NCBI GenBank assembly: GCA_965222115.1
Contig: CBDCTJ010000001.1
Span: 32,001-96,000 of the forward strand
Length of the DNA stretch: 64,000 nucleotides
From: Planctomycetota bacterium
GTDB lineage: Bacteria; Planctomycetota; PLA2; JAEUHO01
Direction of reading: 5' to 3'
Below, piece by piece: positions 8,430 through 17,467 of the stretch. The notes under the pieces were generated by a model. That model had not been told where the DNA came from, made no database searches, and saw only the letters and a list, made by a program, of their open reading frames with translations. Position numbers and translations under genes: made by a program. How positions within the stretch are numbered: position 1 is the first letter of the stretch; the number at the start of each line of letters is the position of its first letter.

Positions 8430-9670
8430 TCCGACTTCTCATCGTGGTCGTTTGACTTACCGTCGTTGGGGTCGATCGGCACTTCGTTGCTTCGCATCAG
8501 CGTCACTGCGGGCCCGCCGGCCACACCAAGTGAAACAATGTCGCGCGCACTTTGAATGACGGCACCGATGCCAACAAAGGGCGTCGAGGCATCGCCATCG
8601 GCAAAGCTGGCACACGTATCAAACCACGTGTCGATTTGAAGATCGTTGCGCGCGGTGTGTGCCTGGAGCTTGGCCGCCCGTGGGTCATGCACATCCTCAA
8701 ATGGCCCCATGGCGATCGCAATCTCCGAGTCAGGCTCTTCGTCATCGCGCGGAGAGATCACTTGCGGCGTATGCGGCGTGGCTGCGTAGAGCGCCGGGCC
8801 TGCGATGCCCTCCAGTCGGGTCCACGAAGGATCCGACTCGTGTCTTACGACCAGGAGCACATGACCCACGGTGCCTTTGATCCGAGCAAAAAGTTCGCCC
8901 ACACTCTTGGATTCCGCGTGCGCAACGCGTGCCGCTAGGGCGAAAGTCTGTCCGCCCCCAAAGCCCGACGACTCTGCGTTTCGAACGGGAAGTTGCGCCA
9001 ATGCGTAGGCCAAGCCGTCTTCCCGGATCCCGGCAAGTCCGCCAAGCGCACCGGGCCATGCCAACGTAACCGATTCCATTTCACCAGTTGGTTTGCGATG
9101 CAACAGGAGCAGATGACGTCGCATGAACGACACGTCGTGCCCAGACCACCACACGCGCGCATGAACACATGTTGACGTGGCACGTGCTGCCACCGCGCCG
9201 CTAAGTCCTGTTCCCATGCCCATGTAGCGCAACGCGTCGCGCATGAACTCAAGCCGCAACAGCTCTTCTTCGGCTACACCGCAGCCTTCCGCCAATCCCC
9301 TGAGCTCAGAACGAATACGTTTCGGAAGCCAGAGTTCACTTTGATCGACAAGCATGTCTATGAACTCATCCAAGTCGCGTATGGGACCTTTGGACGGATC
9401 GCGACCTCGGGTACTCCCCAGGGTTTCTTCCAACATGCGTTTACGCCACGTGCGAAGAATCAACTGAATCTCGTTGCGCAACACACGTCCATGTTGCAAT
9501 CCCATCTCATAGGGACTGCCGTGGAGTTCCAACACGTAGGGTCGATCGGGGCGAGAAGCCGTATCGTTGCTTGTAGGTGCATCGCCACAGCCAGACACGA
9601 GCACACCGAGACCCACAAGAAGACTCCCAAGCGTTGTTTTTAGGAGCAGACGCACCACCTCATTGTTCAT
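8426..9670 (-). CDS. Lipoprotein with C45/acid ceramidase-like Ntn-hydrolase fold (probably inactive)
   Basis: Lipobox LVSGC; LHGSPYEMGLQHG, ELRGLAEGCGV and WPGALGGLAGI..GL match the C45 family; nucleophile Cys not evident. Confidence 0.7.
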   Translation of the reverse strand: MNNEVVRLLLKTTLGSLLVGLGVLVSGCGDAPTSNDTASRPDRPYVLELHGSPYEMGLQHGRVLRNEIQLILRTWRKRMLEETLGSTRGRDPSKGPIRDLDEFIDMLVDQSELWLPKRIRSELRGLAEGCGVAEEELLRLEFMRDALRYMGMGTGLSGAVAARATSTCVHARVWWSGHDVSFMRRHLLLLHRKPTGEMESVTLAWPGALGGLAGIREDGLAYALAQLPVRNAESSGFGGGQTFALAARVAHAESKSVGELFARIKGTVGHVLLVVRHESDPSWTRLEGIAGPALYAATPHTPQVISPRDDEEPDSEIAIAMGPFEDVHDPRAAKLQAHTARNDLQIDTWFDTCASFADGDASTPFVGIGAVIQSARDIVSLGVAGGPAVTLMRSNEVPIDPNDGKSNDHDEKSD

Positions 9671-10004
9671 GGAGCCACGCCCAAGGTGGGTATGGATTCA
9701 CGCTTGGACGATGGCGACAAAACGCGAGTCAGGCAGACGCAAACTCGCGAATTTGAGGTCAGAGCGGGCACGCAATTCGACGATCTGACCTGCCTAATCT
9801 GAGGTTTGGCAGTGCATCCACTAACGCCGTCAAATTCAGCTTACTCGATGGGCATAACAATATGATTTTCAGATACTTATGACGACACAAGGAAAGCGTG
9901 CGTCCCCATGTTTCCGGTCGGATATTGGGCCCTAACACGCTAGACTTTGCACTCCCATTGAGGGAGCAATTTGCCCCCTGGTTGAGCGGAAGAGGCACGA
10001 GTTT

Positions 10005-12584
10005 ATGGCGGAATCCGACGAGAGCACCAGCGGCGCAGCCGACGAGCGCGTCCTGGACCTCGACATCGCCACGGAATTGAAGCGGTCCTATCTTCGATAC
10101 GCAATGAGCGTGATCGTTGATCGCGCGCTTCCCGATGTGCGCGATGGGCTCAAACCTAGTCAACGCCGCATTCTTGTAGCGATGAACGACCTCAATCTCT
10201 CGCCCAGCCGCAAGACATTGAAGTGCGCCAAAGTTGTGGGCGAAACGATGGGCAACTATCACCCGCACGGCGACCAAGCCATCTACCCCACGCTCGTGCG
10301 CATGGCACAAGACTTCAACATGAGCGAGCGCCTTGTTCAGGGACAAGGCAACTTCGGAAGCATCGACCGCGACCCGCCCGCGTCCATGCGATACACCGAA
10401 TGTCGCATGACGCACGCCGCTGTGCAGTTGCTCGACGATCTCGATAAAGACACCGTCGAGTTTCGTCCCAACTACGACGAGTCGCGGATGGAACCCACGG
10501 TATTGCCGGGGCGTTTCCCAAACCTGCTCGTCAACGGTGGATCCGGTATCGCCGTGGCCATGGCATCGAGCATTCCGCCACACAACCCCACCGAAGTTGC
10601 CAACGCGATTCTAGCGTCGCTCGACAATCCCGAGATCACCATTCCCGAGATCATGGAGCACATCCCGGGCCCCGATTTACCGACCCATGCGCGCATTTGC
10701 GGCAAGAACGCCATTCTCCACGCCTACACCACCGGACGTGGCTCCATCGAAATGCGCGGCCGCACCGAGATCGTCGAATCCAAGCGCGGCGGCTCCAAAA
10801 TCATCATTACCGAGATTCCGTATCAGGTGAATAAGGCGTCGCTGGTGCGCAAGATTGCCGATCTAGCCAATTCGGGCCGTGTGCCGGGCATCTCTGACAT
10901 TGTGGATGAATCGTCCAAAGAGATTCGCATTGTTGTCAAGATCAAGCGCAGCGAAGACCCCGACATTGTGCTCAATCAGCTTTATAAGTTCACACAACTG
11001 CGCGACACGCTAAGCGTCATCATGATTGCGCTCGTCAATGGGCGTCCCGAACTCTGCAGCATCAAGCAACTCATCGACGAGTATATCGACCACCGAATCA
11101 TCGTCATTACGCGTCGCACGCAGTACCTGCTGCGAAAGGCTCAGAACCGCAATCACATAGTAGCCGGGCTCATTAAAGCGCTCGATCTCATCGACGAGAT
11201 TATCGCACTCATTCGCGCCAGCGCCGATCCCAAAGAAGCCAAAGCGGGCCTTATGGAACGCTTCGAGTTTTCGGCTGCCCAAGCCGATGCCATTTTGCAG
11301 ATGCGGTTGCAACGTCTCACCGGACTGCAGCGCCAGGAACTCGAGGCCGAACACGAAAAACTCAATGCAGAGATTGCCGAGTACGAGCGCATTCTGAGCG
11401 ACGAGGCCAATGTGCGCGCCATCATTCGCGAAGACATGGAGGCCATGAAAGCGCGCTTCCCTCAAGAGCGCCGCACCGCCATTGAAGACAGCCAGAACGA
11501 CTACACGTCACTCGATCTCATCACGCCCGAGAACGTTGTGGTCACGCTTTCGAGCGAGGGCTACATCAAGCGCACAGAACTCGATGCCTACCGCAAGCAG
11601 CGTCGAGGCGGCAAAGGCATCAAGGGCACCGAGTCGAAAGAAGGCGACTTCGTGGAGCAGTTGCTTGTAGCCAACACCCACGACCTCTTGCTCTGCTTTA
11701 CCGATCGCGGGCGCGTATACAAAGAGTACGTCTACATGCTTCCCGATCTCGGTCGCTACGCCAAGGGCCGCGCCATGGTCAATCTCCTCAACCTCGATGA
11801 GGGCGAACGGGTGCGCGCGATTCTTCCCGTTCGCGACCTTGAGGGCGATCGGTCCATTCTGTTCGCCACGCGTTCCGGCCTTGTCAAACGCACGAAACTC
11901 AGCGATCTCCAGAACATTCACAAGGGCGGCATCATTGCCATTTCGCTGGTCGATGACGACTCACTCATTGACACCCGCATCGTGTCCGGCACCGACGATG
12001 TGGTGCTGGTGTCGGCCAAGGGCATGGCCATTCGCTTCCAGGTGGATCAGGTACGCGCCATGGGTCGTGTTGCGCGCGGCGTACGCGGCATCAAGTTGCG
12101 CGACGGCGATCACGTCGTGTCGATGGCACTGGCCAACGACATCGATGAGGGCCAACAAGGCACCCTATTGACCGTTACCGAAGGCGGCTACGCCAAGCGC
12201 TCAGCGTTTTCGGAATACCGCGCTCAATCACGAGGTGGATTGGGTCTGCGCAACATTAGTGCGGGCGGCCTCGATAAAAATGGCGACGTCGTCGCGGCGC
12301 GCGCGGTGCTCGACGGGGACGAGATCATTTTGATCACGGAAGGTGGCAAGTCGATTCGCATGGCGGTGGGACCCGAACAGTTCCGCGTCATTGGCCGTGC
12401 AACCGCCGGGGTACGCGCGATTACGCTTCCTGAAGGCGATCGCTTGGTCTCCATGGCCTGGGTCCGCCCGGAAGAAGACGACGACGCCGATAGCGATGGC
12501 GCTGATATGGATGGCGAGGGCGAAGCGAGAGCCGATACGAAGGCGGATAACGCGCCAAACGACGGGCCGGCAACCGCGGAGTAA
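10005..12584 (+). CDS. gyrA: DNA gyrase subunit A
   Basis: RALPDVRDGLKP, YHPHGD, active-site MRYTE, GyrA-box QRRGGKG, C-terminal beta-pinwheel repeats and acidic tail. Confidence 0.97.
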   Translation: MAESDESTSGAADERVLDLDIATELKRSYLRYAMSVIVDRALPDVRDGLKPSQRRILVAMNDLNLSPSRKTLKCAKVVGETMGNYHPHGDQAIYPTLVRMAQDFNMSERLVQGQGNFGSIDRDPPASMRYTECRMTHAAVQLLDDLDKDTVEFRPNYDESRMEPTVLPGRFPNLLVNGGSGIAVAMASSIPPHNPTEVANAILASLDNPEITIPEIMEHIPGPDLPTHARICGKNAILHAYTTGRGSIEMRGRTEIVESKRGGSKIIITEIPYQVNKASLVRKIADLANSGRVPGISDIVDESSKEIRIVVKIKRSEDPDIVLNQLYKFTQLRDTLSVIMIALVNGRPELCSIKQLIDEYIDHRIIVITRRTQYLLRKAQNRNHIVAGLIKALDLIDEIIALIRASADPKEAKAGLMERFEFSAAQADAILQMRLQRLTGLQRQELEAEHEKLNAEIAEYERILSDEANVRAIIREDMEAMKARFPQERRTAIEDSQNDYTSLDLITPENVVVTLSSEGYIKRTELDAYRKQRRGGKGIKGTESKEGDFVEQLLVANTHDLLLCFTDRGRVYKEYVYMLPDLGRYAKGRAMVNLLNLDEGERVRAILPVRDLEGDRSILFATRSGLVKRTKLSDLQNIHKGGIIAISLVDDDSLIDTRIVSGTDDVVLVSAKGMAIRFQVDQVRAMGRVARGVRGIKLRDGDHVVSMALANDIDEGQQGTLLTVTEGGYAKRSAFSEYRAQSRGGLGLRNISAGGLDKNGDVVAARAVLDGDEIILITEGGKSIRMAVGPEQFRVIGRATAGVRAITLPEGDRLVSMAWVRPEEDDDADSDGADMDGEGEARADTKADNAPNDGPATAE

Positions 12585-12794
12585 CGGGATCGCGGGTGAA
12601 CGACTGTGCAGTGCCCATTAGTCCCTGTTCGATGCGAATTCCCATCGATCGCCCTGAAATTGCCCAATCCATCGACGTTCTCATGGCGGGGCAGGTGTCC
12701 TCACCGGACCTAGAGCCGGATTTCCGCTAGACTTAGGTCATTCGAGTGGGTGCCCCCTGCCCGTCGAATCCACATCCTGATCGGAGTGCATTTT

Positions 12795-14657
12795 ATGCCG
12801 CTGTTCCCTGCTATCCGCACGAGATCCATTCATTCGTGCGCGCTCCTACTTGGTGCTTTCGCCCTTGTCATCACGACGGGGCTCTCCGCGGCTCAGGCCA
12901 AGGATTCGCTCAAACGCGAGTTCAAGACGAGCAACTTCACGTGGACCCTCCCGTCCGACGACTGGTCGTTTTCCGAGATCAGCGACAATGGACTGAAGCA
13001 GGCAGGCGGCATCATTGAAGTCACGTCGAGCGATCGTCATACCCGTGCGCTTGTCATCGTCAATGACTCGGGTGGTCTCAAGCCCGATGAGCGCCTGAAC
13101 GAAGTGAAAGAAGCCACGCGGCCATCGATTGAGACCGTCACGCACACCAAGGTCGTTGACAGCACATTATCGGGACGTCCGGCCAAGTTACTCCTCATGC
13201 AGGGTCACGCCCGCGGTGGCAAAGTCATCATTCATTTTCGTGGCTATTTGATAGAGAGAAAGGGCAAGTTCTACCACCTCAACATCACGTGCTACCACAA
13301 CTCACATCGCACTGCGACCGAGTCCATCGATCGTATGCGCCGCGGCTTCCGTCTCATCAAGGGCGCGGGCAAGGGCGAAGATGCGCCCGAGACCTTTGAT
13401 GAACTTCCCAAGGTCGACGCCGGTGCGAAAGGCGCAGGAGGCGAGTCGAACGATGGCGCAGATGGTGACGAGATCGAATGGCCCGAGAAAGGACCAACGC
13501 GGGAAGGCAACACCGTCATATTCCCGAAGCACAACTTGCGCTGGACGCTTCCTAAGGGTGGCGTACTGAAGTGGCAAGACCCCATGCCCGACGCATCCGT
13601 CGAGCCCGGCGAAAACGGTCAGGCACTCATCAGCGTCGTTGGCGAAGTTGAACGTAAGAAGCAGGAGTTTGAGAAGAACACGCCGGATAAAAATCGGTTT
13701 CTATTGACGCTCTACTCCGAGTTGGCGCCACCGGGCAGAAACACGGCCAAGGCGCTCCGCAGCCAGCAGATGCAAGAAAACGTCTCAAAACAGATCTTTG
13801 GGGGCAAACACCGGGCAGACAAGACCCAAGTGCGTGACACCAAGATCGGAAATTGGAAAGGCTCGTACATCAAGATGGTTGGCCGAACGAAGGATGGCAG
13901 TCGTCATCGCACGTTCCTCTACATGGAAACCATGCTCCAGGGTGTGATGTATACGTGGCAGGTGAACTTCATTGGCCACACCGATGCGCAGAAGTCGTTC
14001 GGCAAGGCTTTCGGAAAACTCGTGAAGGGCATCAAGTTTGATAGCACCGACGAGTGGATCGCGGGGCCCATCCTCGGCGTCGTCCCCGCCTTTCCGGGTA
14101 ACCGAGGGCAAGATCGAGAGAAGGCAACCGTCATCGAGAAGGCGCCCGGCGTTACGTTCAAGAAGCCGTCAGGCATAGCCGAACTGACGTTCCGCAGCGC
14201 ATTCAATCAACTTTTCTGTTTCGCCATCGAGGGACGATCCGAAGACAACAAGAATTATATCTACATGGATGTCCACTCCAACTGGATGCCCAACGTGCAA
14301 CAGAGTGGAAAGCTTGAGGACTTTATCGAAAAGCGAGCCAGCGACTGGGAAGCTGGCGGCGGCGATCCTCAGAAGGTCCCAAAGTCGAAGTTTAGAAAAG
14401 GCAAGTTTGGCGCAGCCAAGGGCTTTCAGTACGAATACGAAGGCACGCTCAACGGTGAGCCGTTTGTGGAACAGGGCTGGGCGGTGAAGCACAAGCAAAC
14501 CGCCTACTTCATCCGCGTTCAATTTGGTGGACCGGACGGTGAAAAGAACATGAAGAAACTCTGGAAGTCGGTCAGGAAGGGATTCAAGTTCCGCAAACTC
14601 AACAAAAGGGAACAGACGAGATTCAACAGAGAGATTCCAAAGACTGCCGGTCGGTAG
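12795..14657 (+). CDS. Exported hypothetical protein with three PsbP-like repeats
   Basis: Signal peptide ending AAQA; three units (FTWTLP.., LRWTLP.., VTFKKP..) ending in RRGFRL, VKGIKF and RKGFKF; strong coding bias. Confidence 0.75.
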   Translation: MPLFPAIRTRSIHSCALLLGAFALVITTGLSAAQAKDSLKREFKTSNFTWTLPSDDWSFSEISDNGLKQAGGIIEVTSSDRHTRALVIVNDSGGLKPDERLNEVKEATRPSIETVTHTKVVDSTLSGRPAKLLLMQGHARGGKVIIHFRGYLIERKGKFYHLNITCYHNSHRTATESIDRMRRGFRLIKGAGKGEDAPETFDELPKVDAGAKGAGGESNDGADGDEIEWPEKGPTREGNTVIFPKHNLRWTLPKGGVLKWQDPMPDASVEPGENGQALISVVGEVERKKQEFEKNTPDKNRFLLTLYSELAPPGRNTAKALRSQQMQENVSKQIFGGKHRADKTQVRDTKIGNWKGSYIKMVGRTKDGSRHRTFLYMETMLQGVMYTWQVNFIGHTDAQKSFGKAFGKLVKGIKFDSTDEWIAGPILGVVPAFPGNRGQDREKATVIEKAPGVTFKKPSGIAELTFRSAFNQLFCFAIEGRSEDNKNYIYMDVHSNWMPNVQQSGKLEDFIEKRASDWEAGGGDPQKVPKSKFRKGKFGAAKGFQYEYEGTLNGEPFVEQGWAVKHKQTAYFIRVQFGGPDGEKNMKKLWKSVRKGFKFRKLNKREQTRFNREIPKTAGR

Positions 14658-14738
14658 TGGCGATCGCATATTGCACGCAGACACCCGGTGCATCCATGGG
14701 TTCAACCGTGCCGTGTGCTCTCCACCCCTGAGGTTGCC

Positions 14739-16109
14739 ATGAAACATAACTTGTCGCGTTTTGTATGTAGAGCATCAGTCGTTGTGTGTGCAGTTGCGTG
14801 CATGTTGCCGATAGCCGGTGACTGTCACGCACGCGAGTGGGACAGCACCGAACACAATTGCATGCTCATCATTCCCGACGAACCCGCGCAGTGGGAGTGG
14901 CTCAATTACGATCCCGCCTGGAAGAGTCGCAACATTATTCGAGGTGCGAAGCGCACAGTTGAGAAGCTCAAGAACGGATCCAGCGGCGCGGGATATGGCG
15001 GGTTGCTTCATCTCGCCAAACGCGACGCCCCGGAGGGCATGACGCTCGAATCCGCCGCCGCGGATACCAACGTGCGCAACTACATGCTTGTGCGTTTTGG
15101 CAACGCCGCGTCCAAGCTCTCGGTCGAAGAAGAAGACGTAACGATTCTGGGCGACCACCCTGCCAAATGCCTGCGGGTAAGTGGCAAGGCCAAGGGACCG
15201 GGCGGAAAGAAGCCGGTAGATTGTCGCGGTGTCCTCCTTATTACGATGGCCAAGGGCAAGCTCTATCTCCTGCGTATGTATGCGTGGCACACCGAAGCGG
15301 ATGAGGAGGGGATCAAAAACGACCTCGACACGATTGAATACGAGGGCCTTGAGATCTTGGATACGAAGGAGGCGACCAAGAAGGACGCGGGGCAACCCAC
15401 CAAGCCCGAAAACGGCGACAAAGAAGACGATGAAAAGGAGGACGAGGACCTCAAAGAAGAGTTCATTGAGAACGAAGAACAGAAGTGGAGCATCACCAAG
15501 CACAAGCTGCTTCGGGAGATGAAAATCACGAAGGCCGACCGCAAGCGTTTTGTGGTGCTTCGCTTTGGCCATGTCGATGACCATGGCTGGCACCAAATGG
15601 AGCTCTACGCCATTCCCAACAGCCGTGTCGTTAATGGGCAACAGGCGCCCCCCGAGGACCTGCGCGGTCGGATGACCAAAGACTGGTACAAGAAGTTCCT
15701 AAAGAACCATCCTGTGGGCGAGATCGCCCGCTACAAGTGGCCCAAGCCCTCAAAGCGTACATTTATTACATTACCGCATTACGACCGCCCAGATGACCGC
15801 ATCGTCGTATTCGATGGCAAAAAGAAGAAGCGAGACCCCGACGCAAGCACAGGCGACGTCATGAAACGCCTCAAGGTCGTTGAGAAAGTCAAGCGCGGGT
15901 TCATCGGAAAGCGTTTCAAAGCAAGTGAGGCCTTTCGCGGCAACATGCAAGGCAATCGAGAACGCGCGGGTATGGAGTGGACGTCTCGCTTTGCGTGGCG
16001 CACGCCGAAACACTCCTTCCGCCTCATCGTGAGCATGACGCGCGACGCCTACAAAAAGTATGGCGAGCCGTTGCGCCAGACCATGGAATCGTTCGAGATT
16101 CATAAGTAA
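14739..16109 (+). CDS. Exported hypothetical protein with two PsbP-like repeats
   Basis: GAGG RBS before ATG 14739; signal peptide ending DCHA; acidic linker between two units; ends LRQTMESFEIH. Confidence 0.75.
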   Translation: MKHNLSRFVCRASVVVCAVACMLPIAGDCHAREWDSTEHNCMLIIPDEPAQWEWLNYDPAWKSRNIIRGAKRTVEKLKNGSSGAGYGGLLHLAKRDAPEGMTLESAAADTNVRNYMLVRFGNAASKLSVEEEDVTILGDHPAKCLRVSGKAKGPGGKKPVDCRGVLLITMAKGKLYLLRMYAWHTEADEEGIKNDLDTIEYEGLEILDTKEATKKDAGQPTKPENGDKEDDEKEDEDLKEEFIENEEQKWSITKHKLLREMKITKADRKRFVVLRFGHVDDHGWHQMELYAIPNSRVVNGQQAPPEDLRGRMTKDWYKKFLKNHPVGEIARYKWPKPSKRTFITLPHYDRPDDRIVVFDGKKKKRDPDASTGDVMKRLKVVEKVKRGFIGKRFKASEAFRGNMQGNRERAGMEWTSRFAWRTPKHSFRLIVSMTRDAYKKYGEPLRQTMESFEIHK

Positions 16110-16125
16110 GCCCGTCCGCACACAC

Positions 16126-17358
16126 GTGGACACACCACCCCTCGCATTTGATCGTTCGCACCCGGCACAGATTGCGCCCATGGAAGGGCTTCGTGGTGGT
16201 CTGGGCGGAACACTGCGTACAGTGCCCGAAGACTTTCGCGTTGAAGAGTTGCCCCTGTCACGCCCGTCGGGACACGGCAATATCACCAAGGCCCATGTGC
16301 AAAAGCGCGGGACCCCCACCTTCGACCTGCTGCTCTTTTTGAGCAAATCGGCCAAGCTCAGCGAACGTCGTATTGGCTACGCCGGTCTCAAAGACTCACG
16401 CGCGGTGACGTCCCAATACGTAACGCTTCCCAAGATTCCGCCCGCACGTGTGCGCGGACTTCGCGGCAGACATTTCCGCGTTTTGGCAGCCCACCGCGAT
16501 GGACGCCGGTTGCGCATCGGCCACTTGTTGGGCAATCGATTCACGATTCGCATTCGACACGTGAATCGTGAACGTATTGATGATGCGCGCACCGTACTTG
16601 AAACCATGGTGAAGCGTGGGTTGCCCAATGCCTATGGTGAGCAGCGTTTTGGCGTTCGCCAAGACGGCCACCGACTCGGTGAAGCACTTATCCGCGGCGA
16701 TGCCCAAGCATTCGTTGACGGCTTTCTTGGCAGGCCTTCGATCTATGAGCGCAATCCCTTGATTCTCGATGCACGCGAATACTACGACCAAGGCGAGATC
16801 GATCGCGCATGGAAGACCTTTCCCAAGCGCCATCGCGCCGAGAAGCGAGCACTCAGCACACTTCGACGGGGCGGTACACCGGAAGACGTGGTGAGTGAAC
16901 TGGGGACCGGTCAGCGAAAGATTTGGCTCAGTGCATGGCAGAGCTACTTCTTCAATGCGGTCTTGGACGAACGTGTTCGACAGGGCACCTTCGACAACTT
17001 GGTACCGGGCGACATCGCCTGGTTGCACGAATCCTCAGCAACATTTGTGGCGACGTCATCTGACGTTTCGCTAGCGCAATCCGGCGCGGCATCGCCCACA
17101 GGCCCCCTGCCGGGCGCTGCCCTTCGCCACCCTTCCGAACGCGCAGGTGACGTCGAACGTCGCATTCTCACTCGTGAGGCGTTTCAACCGATGGGCGATA
17201 CGCCGTCCACCATGGTGCCACGCGGCCTCAGGCGTCCGCTGCGCGTACCCATTCGAGAAGCCTCGCTCGAGGATCTCGGGGATGGCAGCGTCGTGGTTCG
17301 ATTCGTGTTGCCGCCCGGGAGTTTTGCAACCGTGCTCCTCGGCGCGCTCATGCAATAA
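16126..17358 (+). CDS. truD: tRNA pseudouridine(13) synthase TruD
   Basis: PEDFRVEE, GYAGLKDSRAVTSQ (catalytic Asp), GNRFTIRIR, PNAYGEQRFG, SAWQSYFFN, FVLPPGSFAT; start uncertain (ORF open from 16060). Confidence 0.93.
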   Translation: MDTPPLAFDRSHPAQIAPMEGLRGGLGGTLRTVPEDFRVEELPLSRPSGHGNITKAHVQKRGTPTFDLLLFLSKSAKLSERRIGYAGLKDSRAVTSQYVTLPKIPPARVRGLRGRHFRVLAAHRDGRRLRIGHLLGNRFTIRIRHVNRERIDDARTVLETMVKRGLPNAYGEQRFGVRQDGHRLGEALIRGDAQAFVDGFLGRPSIYERNPLILDAREYYDQGEIDRAWKTFPKRHRAEKRALSTLRRGGTPEDVVSELGTGQRKIWLSAWQSYFFNAVLDERVRQGTFDNLVPGDIAWLHESSATFVATSSDVSLAQSGAASPTGPLPGAALRHPSERAGDVERRILTREAFQPMGDTPSTMVPRGLRRPLRVPIREASLEDLGDGSVVVRFVLPPGSFATVLLGALMQ

Positions 17359-17467
17359 ATCGAGCACACGCGGAATTCGTGAGACGCGACACGCGTAAAT
17401 CGGGCGAATGCAAAAAGGTGCGCCCATCTGGCCGCGCGTCGCTTGCGGCGGGTACGCTGGCTGGGCT

